Positions 13,429 through 27,030 of a stretch of 64,000 nt of DNA are shown here, one piece after another. The notes beneath the pieces were generated by a model. The model ran no database searches. It saw only the letters and a list, made by a program, of their open reading frames with translations, and was not told the origin of the DNA. Made by a program: the position numbers and the translations under genes. Source of the DNA: Vicugna vicugna. Lineage: Eukaryota. The DNA lies in NCBI GenBank assembly GCA_013265495.1, contig MU058584.1:7282407-7346406 (forward strand), given 5' to 3'. How positions within the stretch are numbered: position 1 is the stretch's first letter; each line of letters opens with the position of its first letter.

Positions 13429-14371
13429 AACAACCAAACAACCCAATCTAAAGATGGGCAAAAGACCTCAACAAGCAATTCTCCAAGGAAGACATATAAA
13501 TGATCAATAAGCACATGAAAAAATGCTCAGTATCACTAATTATCAGAGAAATGCAAATCAAAACTACAATAAGGTATCACCTCACACAAGTCAGAATGGC
13601 CATCATTCAAAAATCCACAAATGACAAATGCTGGAGAGGCTGTGGAGAAAGGGGAACCCTCCTACACTGATGGTAGGAATGCAGTTTGGTGCAGCCACTA
13701 TGGAAAACAGTGTGGAGATTCCTCAAAAGACTAGGAATAGACTTACTGTATGACCCAGGAATCCTGCTCCTGGGCTTATATCCAGAAGGAACCCTACTTC
13801 AGGATGACACCTGCACCCCAATGTTCATAGCAGCATTATTTACAATAGCCAAGACATGGAAACAGCCTAAATGTCCATCAACAGGTGACTGGATAAAGAA
13901 GATGTATATTTATACAATGGAATACTACTCAGCCATAAAAACCGAGAACATAATGCCATTTGCAGCAACATGGATGCTCCTAGAGAATGTCATTCTAAGT
14001 GAAGTAAGCCAGAAAGAGAAAGAAAAATGCCATATGAGATCACTCATATGTGGAATCTAAAAAACAAACAAACAAAGCATAAATACGGAACAGAAATAGA
14101 CTCATAGATGTAGAATACAAACTTTTGTTGCCAGGGGGTGGAGGGTGGGAAGGGATAGATGGGATTTCAAAATTGTAGAATAGATAAACAAGATTATACT
14201 GTGAAGCACAGGGGAATATACACAAGATCTATGGTAGCTCACAGAGAAAAAAAAGTGACAATGAATATATATATGTTCATGTATAACTGAAAAATTGTGC
14301 TCTACACTGGAATTTGACACAACATTGTAAAATGATTATAAATCAATAAAGTTAAAAAAAAAGAAAATAAA
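13429..14371 (+). mobile_element. Relatively young 5'-truncated LINE-1 (decayed ORF2 C-terminus, 3'UTR, A-tail) with 14-bp TSD
   Basis: ORF 13686..14060 is the L1 ORF2 end ([12 protein letters not shown]...SLICGI*). The upstream zinc knuckle [16 protein letters not shown] is broken by stops. AATAAA at 14345. Perfect TSD aaaacttaattgaa at 13415-13428 / 14372-14385 on a TT/AAAA endonuclease site. Confidence 0.96.
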
Positions 14372-16847
14372 AAAACTTAATTGAAGGTTTTAGCTATCAT
14401 AAAGAGATCCCATATAGTTATATTTCATATACTTAGTAAACACTGTGACAAAACTCCTGTAATGTTCCTGATAAAAGTTATGTTAAATGGTTACATTCCT
14501 TAAACCTCTCCAAATTATTTGCATTTTTGAAGAAGAGCAGATATTAATCCAAATATATCCTACCCAGTGTTAGACTTTTAGGCAGTGATAGCAATGAATT
14601 AAAAACTTGTAGGCAGAGTAGGGAAATCTTGCTCTGTAGGGCCAGCCTCCCTTAATTATACCTTAGTGTATTGCTTCTTACTTCATTTTTGAAACTTCCT
14701 AGAGTTGTAGATCTTTTAGACCATCTTAATGTTATCCTTAGGCCATATCTTCTGTATGACACAGGATTACATTTCTTCATTCAACAAATATTTTTTGAAC
14801 ATCTTCTATATGTGTGATAATTGTCTTGGGGACAGGGTTCCAAACTGTAGATCAATCACCTTCTGGGTGGCTGAAATGCTCTTGGAACCGTTGGCTCCCA
14901 GACTGCTAAAGTTCAAGAGACATTTAAAGAAAAATGGCATGGTTGTAGAGTTGCCACCTTTTTATTTCGTCAAGTGCGAATGTTAAAAATGACCAACCAA
15001 GCAAACAAAAGACTTTCATCAGATAGAATTTGTTTTGCCCTTTCCAAATGTCAAATTTAAATTTATACTGTGTTCTTTTCTCTAATTAATAAAAGCTTTT
15101 ACCCCTAATCCACTTTTATTTGAAGGCTTTTTTCTTAAACAACTTCAGCCATTATTCTACTCTACAGATGTCAAGGGTAGACCTTTAATAAGTAGAACAG
15201 ATATCAGAAATTTGACAGTAGTGACTAATCATGTCTATCTGTTGTCAGTCTTTTGATTCTAAGTAAGGGAAACGCTGTGGAGAATTGCTTCTTTTGTTGA
15301 AAACCCAAATTAACACATGCTGTTCCATAGTGAATGCTCAGTAATACCTGTTAAATGAATGAAAAAAACGAACGTTCCCAAATCATCTCATTCGTTAATG
15401 TGAAGATACAGAATCTAGCATCTGACAAAAACTTCCTTTACTGTAACAACCTGACATTTTCTGTATTTTATAGATGAACATAATAAAAGTAAGATATTTA
15501 CCCTAATTGGCCAGTGGTAGAATTTAACCTTGGTTTTCTTAGTCTTAACCTTTTTATAATATGAAATTATTTTAAAATTAGTACATTTCTCATTCTCATT
15601 TTTATTTTGAACCAAGTTTCACAAGTAAGCATTTATTGAGCATGGCAGGAGAGCATTTTGCAGACCTAGTGATCCTAAAAATTTTGTGTCATCACCTGTG
15701 AGACCTAATATGATGGAAATAAAACAATTGTTTTAAGTCTTTAGGATATAAATAAAAATTGAATATACTTATGAAGATAGAGATTTATAGAATTTAATCA
15801 AAAGATGACCTTCATTTTCCAAAACTAGTATTAAAGAAATATGTTCATTGAAGAACATTCAGAAGACACAGATTAAATGATAAAACAAAAGTCACCTATA
15901 GTCAGCTGGAAGTTAACCACTTTAACATTTTGGCTTAGATTTATATTATACTGTTATGCTGTGTGATTTAATAATGTAATTTATGTTTTTATGATACATA
16001 GAGAATAAATTTTTTCCATATTAATTACTCTGTTATACAATATTAATTTAGTATTCTGTTGTGTGATAGGTTCCCTCTTTTTGGATGTTTATATTATTTC
16101 CAGTCAAAATTTCACTTTAACTCTTGCTAATTCAATGGGAGGTGATGCTATTGACTTTGTAGAAGAAAGGGATGAAGAGTTGTATTTGAAGCTGCAGTCA
16201 TAGGGTAACAGTGCCCTTAAGTGCTGGGCGTCACTGCTCTGGGACGCCGTGTGCTTGCTTGTCTAGCTGGGCTGCTGCCGGGCCGAGGCCTGTTTGCTGT
16301 TAGCCCAGCTGAGAGAGCAGCGGCCTCAGTCGTGTCAGCAGGAACAGAGCGGGCTTCATCTCTGCTCTTTGTCTCTGATTTGGTGCTGGTGTGTTGTCCC
16401 CGCCGCTGCCATGTGATGGCTCGGAAGCAGCACCACACACAGGATCTGTAACTCCTTTTGAAAGCTCTATTGTGAGATGCTGCTGAGTTTTAATGCAGAG
16501 GAGGTTTTTGCTAGCGTGTGGCTTTTGGTTTCTTTCAAATGTGAATGTGCCTTCCTCTAAAGAATCCTAAGTAAGGAAAGCACCTAAAAGATGAATTAAA
16601 TTATCATTCCCTTCAAGCCTCCTCTAATAGAACGGTAGTGTAATAGAAAAGTAAGTACCCAGATTTCTTTCTCTACTTTGCATTGCAATTACTCACCATG
16701 AGAGTAGGGTGGGAATCAGGGAAGGTTTCATAAATGCAGTGATATTTAAATGGGATGGTAAAGAATGGGAGGATTTTTGAGAGTAGAAACAGAAGACAGA
16801 AAGCACAGAAATGTGGACAGTGGAAGTTACTCAGAGTTTGTTTTTTA

Positions 16848-18200
16848 TTCATTCATGAAACATTAATTAATTGAGAGCCTGTGACACACCAGGAGTTAAA
16901 CTAAACTTTGGTTGTACAAGAATGAATTAGATACGGTTTGTATTTTCTAAGAGTTGACAGTATGGTTGAGAAGGTGGAAAACAGACAAGCATATATAATT
17001 GGCTCTGTAATACAGGTTTCTACAGATAACATGGAATTCAGAGTAGGGCTGTCATAGCCCAGCTTAGGCAGAGTAACAAAAGCCTTGGCTGAGCTGAGTC
17101 TTGAAGGACCCTTGGGCAAGGGGGAATTGTACTCCGGGTAGAGGAAATTGCATGTACAGAAGCAAGGATGCAATCTACAGGGCACTACAAAAGGTCCGGG
17201 GTATCCAAAAGAAGAGACTGCAAAGTAGAGGAGGATTGGCAATAAATAATTTGAAGGCTTGAATTAAGACAGTAAGAGATGGGGAGAAAATCAAGGATGA
17301 CTTCCAGTTTTTTACTTGGTTGATTAGTTGGTGGTGCCAGTCACTATTATAGGAGATAAACACGGAGGAGTAGATTGGCACATCACTGTGTTCGGTTTGG
17401 GACATGATGAGTTTGGGTTGCTTGTGATATACTGATGCAAGCAGAAGTCTGGGCTCAGAAGAGAGATCGAGACTGCAGCTACCTGACTGGGAACCATGAG
17501 CAGGGAGTGGATGAAACCACTGAAGGAAAACAGGTAGAGTGAGAAGATGATGGATAAAACCCCAAGAGTACACAACAGAAGACACCGAGAAGGAGAAGAG
17601 AGGTTAGAGGAAAAGCAAGAGGGAGTGGAACAAGGGAGGTTAGCTGCAAAAGCGTCAGGGAAGGAGAGCGGTGAAGAGGAGAGGAGAGTGAGGTCAGCAA
17701 TATCAGGTGTTGCTGAAAGAAGAAGGAAGATAAATTCTGGAGTCTCATCATTTTAATTTTAATTTTAATTTTTTTGCAATTAAAATTTATTTGTTAAAAA
17801 TCTCTATGCTTAATAACATATCATTTTTAGAAATAAGAAGGTTGTTGGTGATCTTAGTGAGGTCAACTTTCAGTGTGAATTAGAAGATTGACTCGAATTT
17901 CAGTGTTTGAGGCATGCATTAGAGGTCAAGGAGGCGTGGTTTTAGAATCCTCTTTTAAGAAACTTGCTGTAGAGGGAGCGGTGAGGGGTAAGAGCAAGTG
18001 GGAAGGGATGAGTGAAACAATAATGGAGAAAGATAGTGGTATTCTTGGCTTGTTTTTATCCCATGGATGGAAAACGAGTATTTTTATAAGAACCACTTGA
18101 AAGGGGAGGTTGACAATGTAGGAGAGCGTCTCGAAGGATAGAAATTGCTGGAGGGAGGTCTCAGAGGAGGCAGGAGGGAAGGGGGAGGTTCTGAGCACAA
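16848..18200 (-). mobile_element. LINE-2 relic(s)
   Basis: Begins attcattcatgaaacattaattaattgag (antisense L2 3' end). Internal L2 motifs include aatcaaggatgacttccagtttttt and tttgggacatgatgagtttg. Confidence 0.65.
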
Positions 18201-19212
18201 ATCAAAATTGTGTCAAGACCTTTCTTTCTAAGATGTCTGAGTGATGTTTAAATATACATATACCAGTACATGGGCTTTATTCTAAATGGACTTTAGCTCT
18301 GTCTCTGTGTTTGTAGTGGTTAGCCTGTTTCTCTAAGTCTTTCCTTTTTTGTGTTTTCCCCTCAAGTGTGAGATCTGAACCATTTAGTTTTCCCTGTCAT
18401 GCTGACTTTCTTCCTCTCCCTAGTTTAATCTCTGATTTAAACAGACTTTTTTCCCCAATAGAAACTGATTAACCTCTGCTTAAAAGAAAAAAAAGAATAA
18501 AATTTCTTGACTTATTCCTTTCAACTTATTAGGGACATGCTCTTTTCAATTGATGGAGCTCCCTGGAGAGAGAATTTCATGGATAAGTTAACTTCTTTGG
18601 GAAGCAGTTGTTTTAGAAAAAGTACAGGAATGGAAATCAGCAGCAGGCTCGAGCTCCGTCTGTCACTAGTGAACTCCTGTGACAGCATGTGAGTCCCTTA
18701 ACCCCTCTGTCTCTGTCCTCACTGGTAACAGTGAGTACTAGGTGCCATTGTACTTATCTCCTTTACTGTCGAGAGAACCGAAGTTGGTAATATGTGTATA
18801 TTGTCCATGCTTGGAAGTGTGTAGAATGTAGTGCATATGAAAGACATTATCGTAGTTGTACCTAACCGGGCCAGAATTCAGCAATCTGAAAATTCATTGA
18901 TCCCTAGTACTGACAGTTTAACAGTATCATGCGTTATGTGGTAGAAAGCATTTTCACATCCTTGGTTTTCCATGTAACCCTGAAAGAAGGCAGCTGTAAA
19001 GAGACTAGAGGTGAATTAGGCTCTCCTTAGCCAAGGTAATGTAGCAGAGTTCCTCTAGATTACCCTCAGGTGAGCGATGCAGGCTGAGTCCAGAACCCAC
19101 TCACTTCCACACAGCCCTCACAGACTGGGTTTTCTGACATCTGCGCCCATTACCGAGTAGGAGTGGCAGACCAGGATCTAGGAAGAAAGGAATGGTTAAG
19201 AGCAGGCAGACT

Positions 19213-19330
19213 TATCTTCTTTATCCATTCATCTATTGATGTGCACTTAGGATGTTTCTTTATCTTGGGAATTAAATAATGTTGCTGTTAATAGCAGGGT
19301 GTATGTATCTTTTTGAATTAATTCCTGTTT
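19213..19330 (-). mobile_element. Short LINE-1 fragment
   Basis: atcttctttatccattcatctattgatg..cacttagg.tgtttc is antisense to the L1 ORF2 3' end. Confidence 0.65.
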
Positions 19331-21519
19331 TGTAGTTGGCTTTATTCCTTTGATAACTATGTAAGTTTAAAAACCTAACACTCTCAACGTTCTTAGAAAC
19401 AATGAATAATACATATATGTAAATTTTAAAAATACATATAGTGTATTGTGTATATGTATTTGCATGCAATATATTGTATATGTACAGTCAAATTGTAACA
19501 ATTCTACCTAATAAAACTGAAAAATGAAAAAAATCACAAAAATAACATTAAAAACCCTCTTGATGATTAAAAAAAATAAGCAGGCTGACTTATGGCAAGG
19601 AGATGTGGTACCCACTGTAAAACACATCCTGAGAGAACAATAATAATAAAAGCTCACAACTTGTGCAGAATTCTCAGGCGTTTTAAATAATCCACCGTGG
19701 GCATCACTATGTTTTAGCATGATACAGTAATTGATGTTTCATGTGAAGGCTTTATGAAAGAAATTTTTAAATACTTGATATACTATTAAGAATGCTGAAA
19801 AGAACATATCAACTATGTTTTTTAGCTTTTCATTAAAATAAAAATTTGACAATTAAAGTGCCAGCTGGGGCCTTTCCTAAAGGGTCTGACTTTACTGTTT
19901 ATTTGTGGAATGCTCAGGTTAGTGCCTCTTACATAAATTGCTGAGTGAGTGAGCTGGTATCTATCTCTCATGTAGATGGGAGATGGTGTACAAAACCCTG
20001 TGATAGATGGAGGAAGCTTCATATTATCAATTCAACTTTATATTTCCAGAGCACATTAAAAAAATAAGTCTTGGTTGCCCTATGAGATCATAAAAAGTTT
20101 CATCAATAGTCAAGATTTTTCAGGAATAAAAGAACCCTATCCCAGACTCTATTCTGACCTTGGAGAATACATTATCAGCTTTGGAGTAGCAATTATTCAT
20201 CTTTTACATTCTGAGATATAGTGTTCTTTCCATTTAATATCTTTAATTGAAACAGTAACCTCTAATAGAAATTAAAAATCAAATGTGTAATTTTCATTAG
20301 AGTTCTTTTACCAGTTAAAAGAAATGAATATTTTAATTACCCTTTGAGAATTGCCAGTGAGCAAATTTAGACTTCCTTAAAATGAAAGTGAAAATGTTTA
20401 TTGTCAAACTGTGGTAGCCCTGTTGACATTCAGGAAGGACAAGCCTTCAAACTTTCTAAGATCCAAAATTCCTGACAGGAGAAGTGTTTTTATCTTTTAT
20501 AAGCAAGAGCCTGAAGTCTGGACAATGGCTTAAAATCAAAGTAATGACCTGGAATGTTGTTGACTCTGAAGAAATGTGTTCAGGAATGATAATTTTTGTT
20601 AAAAAGGAGTTTTTTTTTCTTTTTAAACAGATCAAAGACTTAAATCTCTCATTATTGTGCTAACAGTTGTTTCAGTGAACGTTCGCTACTGTCTTCACAC
20701 TGAAGTTGACTTGCTGAGCATTCGATAAGCTTGAGGCAAAGTCGTGTCAGAAGCAGCATATTTTAGGGATTTATTTATCTGCTGGTGGTGACAGATTGTC
20801 GGGTGTTTGTCAGGGACTGGACATATAAAAGTACTGTTAGTGGTTAAAAACTACTTGTATTTTTCTGTTCTCTGGAAAATTTCTACAGTTAACGTTAAGA
20901 AAAACCTTATATAAGGTTGAATTGGGATGAACATGGGGTGATACCATAAGGAGAAGTTCTAATTTGAGAGAAACAAGATAAAACATTTATTATTAATTTC
21001 TCCTTTGTACTTGGTGCTATCTTTATAGATTTTATTTTTCTAGAGGTAACTTTTTTCATTTAAATTTATGCTCCAAGGTGGATGTTGACAATAATACTGA
21101 CTTAAATTTTTTCTTATGCTATGATTTTTTGAGAGCTTTCCTAAACACCGTCTTATTTACTAATACATAATACGACTACATTGGAGGAAAGCAAGTGTTC
21201 TATTGCTATTTTACAAATGACAGAATGGATAAAATGTGTTCAATAACGTGTTTAAGGCCCTAAAGTTAGTGTCAGGACCAAACCCTTTATTCCTGTCATC
21301 TATTGTCTTTTAATTGTAGTGTATTTTTAATGTGAAGATTGATGAAGAATATTTTGATTGGAGGTTTTAATTGAGCTTGGAGTTGGGAAATTTAACTTAA
21401 TAGACTTGTCACTTTTGGAAAGGAGGTTTAAGTAACCTTAAATTAAAAAGGGATAATAGCTGAAAATTCTATGTAGGTCTGAAACACTAGAAGATTCTGC
21501 TTAAAAACTATTTAAAATG

Positions 21520-22115
21520 AAACTAAAAACAGAACTACCATATGACTAAGCAATTGCACTCCTGGATATATAGCTGAAAAAAAAAAACCTTTAAAGCCAC
21601 TAATTTGAAAAGATACATGCACCTCAATGTTCATAGCGGCATTATGTACAGTTGCTTAGATGTTGAAGCAACCTAAGTGTCCATCAATAGATGAATGGAT
21701 ACACAATAGAATACTACTCAGCCATAAAAAAGAATGAAATTCTATTATTTGCAGCAACATGGATGGACTTGGAGGGTATTATGCTAAGTGAACTAAGTCA
21801 AACAGAAACGTAAATACTATATGATGTCAGTTATGTGTGGAATCTAAAAAAAATAAAGCAAACTAATGAATATAATTTAAAAAAAAAAGTAGCAGATATA
21901 GAGGACAAACTAGTGGTTACCAGTGGAGAGTGGAAAGAAGGAAGATTAAGAGGTACAAAACTATTATGTATAAAATAAGGTACAAGGATATATTGTACAA
22001 CATGGAAATTATAAGCAATATTTTATAACTATGAATGGAGTATAACTTTAAAAATTGTGAATCACTTATTGTAACTTACATAATATTGTACATCAACTAT
22101 TCTCCAATAAAAAAC
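21520..22115 (+). mobile_element. 5'-truncated LINE-1 3' end with 17-bp TSD
   Basis: L1 ORF2 end and 3'UTR motifs. TSD aaaaactatttaaaatg (21503-21519, after TT) / aaagactatttaaaatg (22116-22132). Confidence 0.92.
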
Positions 22116-23673
22116 AAAGACTATTTAAAATGTTCTACTATGGGCAAAATAAGCATAGAACTAGAATTCATTATCTACCAGGTATGGATTCATAGGCCTT
22201 GGATTTATTGTAACTAACTGGTGCTTAGTAGAAGAATAATTGTGGAGAATATTTTATTGACCAAGTTAATATCTGTCAGAGACACAGATTTGATGTACAC
22301 TTATAGATAATGTGACTCCACTTTAATGCTGGAATTAAAAGGGTAATCCTTTTATCTGTTCTATAAGCTTTGGTACATCTGTTGCACCTAGCTATACTTT
22401 AAGGGACAGATTTGTTTGTAATATGTCAAAAATAATGGGTTTTTGTAATAGGCAGCTGAAATATGTCTGGAATATACATGAGTGCCAACAGTGGCAGTTA
22501 TACTTGGTGCCTGTGATCTAGCTGGAGAAAGAAGACAAGGTTACTTATATATGTGTAACAGGGCAACTTATCAAGAGTTCACTGTAGCAAGGTAGGAAAA
22601 TACAACTTTATTGTTTGCTCTGCGGCATTAAGAGAAGCATGCATTCTATCCTTAGGAATGGGAAACTGTTTACTCCATTCCTAAAGGTGGAATCCTTATT
22701 TCCAAGGAGGGTAAACATGTTCTTGGATGGTGCAGGCTTTTAGGACCATTCTTGTGTCTGAAGTCTTTGAGAGAACAACTAATTTCCATTATTTTTTTTA
22801 ACACCTTTATTTTGGTATAAATCCCATTGTTGAAAGAAATTGGGAAAGAAACACTGGTTGTCTAGAAGACCGGCTGATCTCTTACAGGGAGGAAAGAAAT
22901 TTCCAAGGAGTGGAAATCGGAGATGGCCCATTTTTATGGGTAATTGAAGCTGGTACTTCTCATTGAAGTAGTTCCTTGGAGGTTCCAAAGTGAGTGTGGT
23001 TATGTGGGTGGTAGGGCAGACTGAGCACTGAGACAGTGACTTTGACATCCGTAGTGAAAGTCCTTGTGGCTAACTTGGCACAGAGTAAGCAGTGGATGCT
23101 AAGTCACCTTCAGGAGGGCCGAGAGGGTTTGAACAATAAACAGCTCCAGTGGGGGTCACCGTGGGCCAGTGGCTCAGGCTTTGCCTTCATTTTACTTCCT
23201 TGCATCATCTTTAGGGACTGATACAACTTAAGAGATGAGGGAAGATCCCTTAAAATATGTCCTATATTAGACTTCTCACTGACATGGCTGAATCATGGCC
23301 TTAAAGTCCTAACTGATTTGAATTTGGAAAAAAAAAAAGACATTTCTTGCATCTCTAGTGTAGTGGAGCAATTTGTAGCTTTATGTGCATATGATGGTGA
23401 ACATGAATATATATACGTGTCTCTTTCATTCCTCTCTGGCATTTATGCATCCATCCTGAAACGTCTTTATTCCTCATTAGACCATCTAGAAAATGCTTAC
23501 TCATCATTCAAAATTCGTATCAAATATCTCTTCTCCTTTTTCAATAAGCTGAAAGTAGGAAGTCTAAAAATAACTCTTGGCTTCCTGATTTGCAATATGG
23601 AGATAATACCTGCCCTGATTAAATCACAGGCTGGTTGTGAGCTTTATAAAATGACTTATATTAAAGAGACAAA

Positions 23674-24244
23674 AGGTACTGAAGATTGAGAGCCATACAA
23701 AAGCATAGGTTCTTGCCACCAACTGTGAAAGAATTTGCACAGCAGAGGCAGAGGGATGAAGTGAACAGGTGCTTTATTGCTCAGAAAGGGAAAAGAAAGG
23801 AAAGTGCTCAATCAGGGAGAAGGAAAGAAAAAGCACTCAATCGAGGAGGAGGTGCTCGAGTCAGCCAAGATGGGCAGTAGGGACAGCTCCAGCCCAGCCG
23901 GGCCACGTGGACTTTTATGAGAGGCTTCCACCATCAGGTACTCCTTCTGGGTGTGATGGAGCCAGTCAGTCCTTGTGTGGGTTTTTCCGGTTGTTGTCAT
24001 GGCAGTTGTCAACTGTCATGGCACTGGTGGGTGTGTCATTTAGCATCTATTATATTACAATGAGTGTATAATGAGGCTCATGGTCCACTGGAAGGCAAAT
24101 TTTTCACCGTCTTGGACTGAATGGGTTCTAACCAGTTCTTATTTCTTCTCTGTAGCTGCCTCCTGAGACTTAGATGAGTTTGCTTTGCTTCTATTTGAGG
24201 GAGAAGCCAGGGGTCTGATCCTAGGGGCAACAGCCTTGGTAACA
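23674..24244 (-). mobile_element. Probable solo ERV LTR
   Basis: Minus strand begins TGTTACC; antisense AATAAA (tttatt ~23773); LTR-like composition; caaaa on both flanks (23670, 24245). The left terminus is degenerate. Confidence 0.6.
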
Positions 24245-25136
24245 CAAAAGAAAGTTGTTTTTGACCAGAATGTCTGCAATCTGGTGGACCCAGCATCCCC
24301 ACCCCCTACCCTCATCCCCCTGCCTCCAAAAAACAAAAACAAAAACAAAAACAACTCCACAAAGATTTTGTTCAGCCAGGAAAGTTTAGGGAAATGAAGG
24401 AATAATCTCAGTTAATCGTTGAGATAGGTGGTCAGAGTCAATGCCATCCCCCCAGTGCCTGCAGGCTTGTGCTAATCAACTGCTTGAGCCTGCCCTTCTG
24501 TGACTCGGGGAGGCCTGGGAGATTTCAGCTTTTCTGTAAACAAGAGGCAGGGTTTTTCTTTGGGGCAGGGAGAGGGAGAGCGGCACAGGGTCCTGCTCTC
24601 TTTCAGATATAAGTAGATTGTGAGGGTGAAAATCATGAGTAGGTTTAAAATCACCATCTCAAGACTGAAAATAAAATGGGCTGCTTTTGAAGTAGAATTT
24701 TAATTCTTGGAGGTGACTTGGCTTCTAAATTTGTAAGTAGAGTATGATTTCAGTATGTGATGGTAGAACGAAGGATGGACGTACTAGACTGAATTCCCTG
24801 GCGGAAGAGACTGTTACTGGATTGTTCCATCTCTTCACAATGCTGTCAGTATCACAGCTTTCAAAGATTAGCTCAAGAAATGAATGAAGCAACTTGTCAA
24901 ACATTTGTAAGATGTTTTTAGCTATAGTTCAATTGTACTTGGTAAAAAACTTTTAATTCCTTCTTTAGGACAGCTTTTAAAATAATTTTTTTCCCATTTC
25001 AAAGCCTAAGCTCTCCTGCCCCAGAGAGCTACTCTTCATGTCCCACCATTAACTTAGTCTTCTTGTGAAATGATGAACCAGGATGTCGAGAAACTTGCAC
25101 AGAATCTAGGGTCTGACGTGATTCTGATTCTGCAGT

Positions 25137-25766
25137 TTTTGTTTTTTAATAAAAATGCACTATGATATTATGATTTAGAAGAAATAAATATTTGGTCATT
25201 CAGATAACCAAAAATATGTTTCTCATATATATTTGGTCTTCATAGTTTCTGGCTCACAGCTCCCCAAACCCTTGGATTTCCTAAGTGATGAGAGCCTTAA
25301 AGGTACCTTTTGTTAGGTCAGTGAGGTAACTTTTGGACCCCCACCTAAGGATGGGGGCTGCTTGCTAGGGAAACCAACCAGGTCATTAGGGGGTTGGAAC
25401 TTTCAGTCCTACCCCCTGACCTCTGGGGAGAGTAGGGGGCTGGAGATTGGAATTTTGTTTTTTAATAAAAATGCACTATGATATTATGATTTAGAAGAAA
25501 TAAATATTTGGTCATTCAGATAACCAAAATATGTTTCTCATATATATTTTGTCTTCATAGTTTCTGGCTCACAGCTCCCCAAACTCTTGGATTTCCTAAG
25601 TGATGAGAGCCTTAAAGGTACCTTTTGTTAGGTCAGTGAGGTAACTTTTGGACCCTCACCTAAGGATGGGGGCTGCTTGCTAGGGAAACCAACCAGGTCA
25701 TTAGGGGTTTGGAACTTTCATTCCTACCCCCTGACCTCTGGGGAGAGTAGGGGGCTGGAGATTGGA
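25137..25766. repeat. Tandem duplication of ~315 bp (25137-25451 / 25453-25766)
   Basis: Direct comparison by eye: 5 substitutions and one 1-bp indel. Confidence 0.97.
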
Positions 25767-26417
25767 TCAATCACCAATGGCTATGGATTTGATCAATCAT
25801 GACTATATAATGAAGCCTGCATAAAACCCCAAAAGGACAGGGTTCAGAGAGCTTCCAGGTTGGTGAATGCCTGGAGATCTGAGGAGAGGAGTGTAGGTGG
25901 TGAGGGCATGGCAGGTCCCTGCGCTTTCCCCAGGTCTTGCCTTATTTATCTCTTCCATCGGACTGTTCCTGAGTTATATCTTTTTATAATTAACCAATCT
26001 GGTAAGTAAAATATTTCTCTGAGTTCTGTGAGCTGCTGTAACAAATAAATTGAACCCAAGGGGGAGATTGCGGGAACCTCTGATTTATAGCTAGTTGGTC
26101 AGAAGTACAGGTGACAACCTGATTTGTGACTGACATCTGAAACCCAAGGTGGAGGTGGTTGGAACTTCCATCTATAGCTGTTTGGTCAGAAGCACTGGTA
26201 ATAACCTGGGCTTGCAGTTGGCATCTGGGGTAGCGGGGGGCGGTCTTGTAGGACTGAACACTTGACTTGTGGAGTCTTAATGTGGTCTCTGGGTAGACAG
26301 TGTTAGAACTCAGCTGAATTCTTGGGTGCTCTGCTCGTGTCTGAGAATTTTTGTTAGTGTGGGGACCCCCTCACCACTCCAAACACAGTGGAAATTGAGT
26401 TCCAGAGCACTAAAAGA
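25477..26417 (+). mobile_element. MER21-like solo LTR; its 5' part is also duplicated at 25161-25451
   Basis: Starts tatgatatt (consensus TGTGATATT) with MER21 motifs (cagctccccaaac.cttgg, ggttggaactttca, ggttcagagagcttccaggttggtga). 5-bp TSD tgcac at 25472-25476 and 26418-26422. Confidence 0.8.
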
Positions 26418-26579
26418 TGCACTGATCTTCTGTATTTTATGGATATCCACTTTATTTTGGATACCATGTTGTTTTTTATCAAAAATTCTTAACTTCCAGA
26501 AAATGTCCAACAGATGTAACTTCCTGGGCCTTTTTATTTTAAATATATCTCTAACAAGTAATCATAATAAGAGGAAAAA

Positions 26580-26790
26580 AAGGAGCTCACATTTACTGAA
26601 GTCCTGCTATGTGCTCTATGCATATTATTTAATCCTTTCAATGACCCTTTAGAGTATGTGATGCTAGTTTTACTTTATAGACCTGGCCCCTGAGATTTAG
26701 AGAGCTGATAGCCAAGGTAATAAAGACAGAATGACAGTAGAGCTGGTATTTGAACCCAAGTCTTGGGAATGAACTTTGTCCCACCATATT
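26580..26790. mobile_element. MIR relic
   Basis: gctcacatttactga...ctatgtgc...tttaatcct...gtagagctggtatttgaacccaagtc. Confidence 0.6.
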
Positions 26791-26847
26791 GGTGTCTTAC
26801 CATATTGTGCTACAAGGCAGAAATAATTCTGGGCAGGCTCTATTTTT

Positions 26848-27030
26848 TATTTTATTTTTAAATTTTAATTAATTAATTTTTGTAGGGGGAGGTAATTAAG
26901 TTTATTTTATTTTCTTAAAAAAAAAGTATTTTCTAACAGAGGTACTGGGGATTGAACTGGGCCCCTCGTGCATGCTAAGCATGCATGCTACCACTGAGCT
27001 ATACCACCCATTCTCCCCCTCCTCCACCAC
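26848..27030 (-). mobile_element. Camelid-type tRNA-Ala-derived SINE
   Basis: Minus strand ggtatagctcagtggtagcatgcatgcttagcatgcacgaggggcccagttcaatccccagtacctc (A and B boxes, tRNA-Ala-AGC-like), then a bipartite A-rich tail. TSD gctctattttt (26837-26847) / gctttattttt (27031-27041). Confidence 0.9.

Noticed and set aside
13686..14060. 124-aa ORF as a host gene
   Set aside because: It is the C-terminus of L1 ORF2 in a truncated element with upstream stop codons.
22652..22684. 10-bp inverted repeats with spacers (also 36483-36530) as miRNA or terminator hairpins
   Set aside because: Stems are too short for a pre-miRNA, and a few such repeats are expected by chance in 64 kb of AT-rich DNA.
26935..27008. 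tRNA-Ala gene (also 44855-44925)
   Set aside because: Degenerate stems, A-rich tails and TSDs show these are SINE heads.
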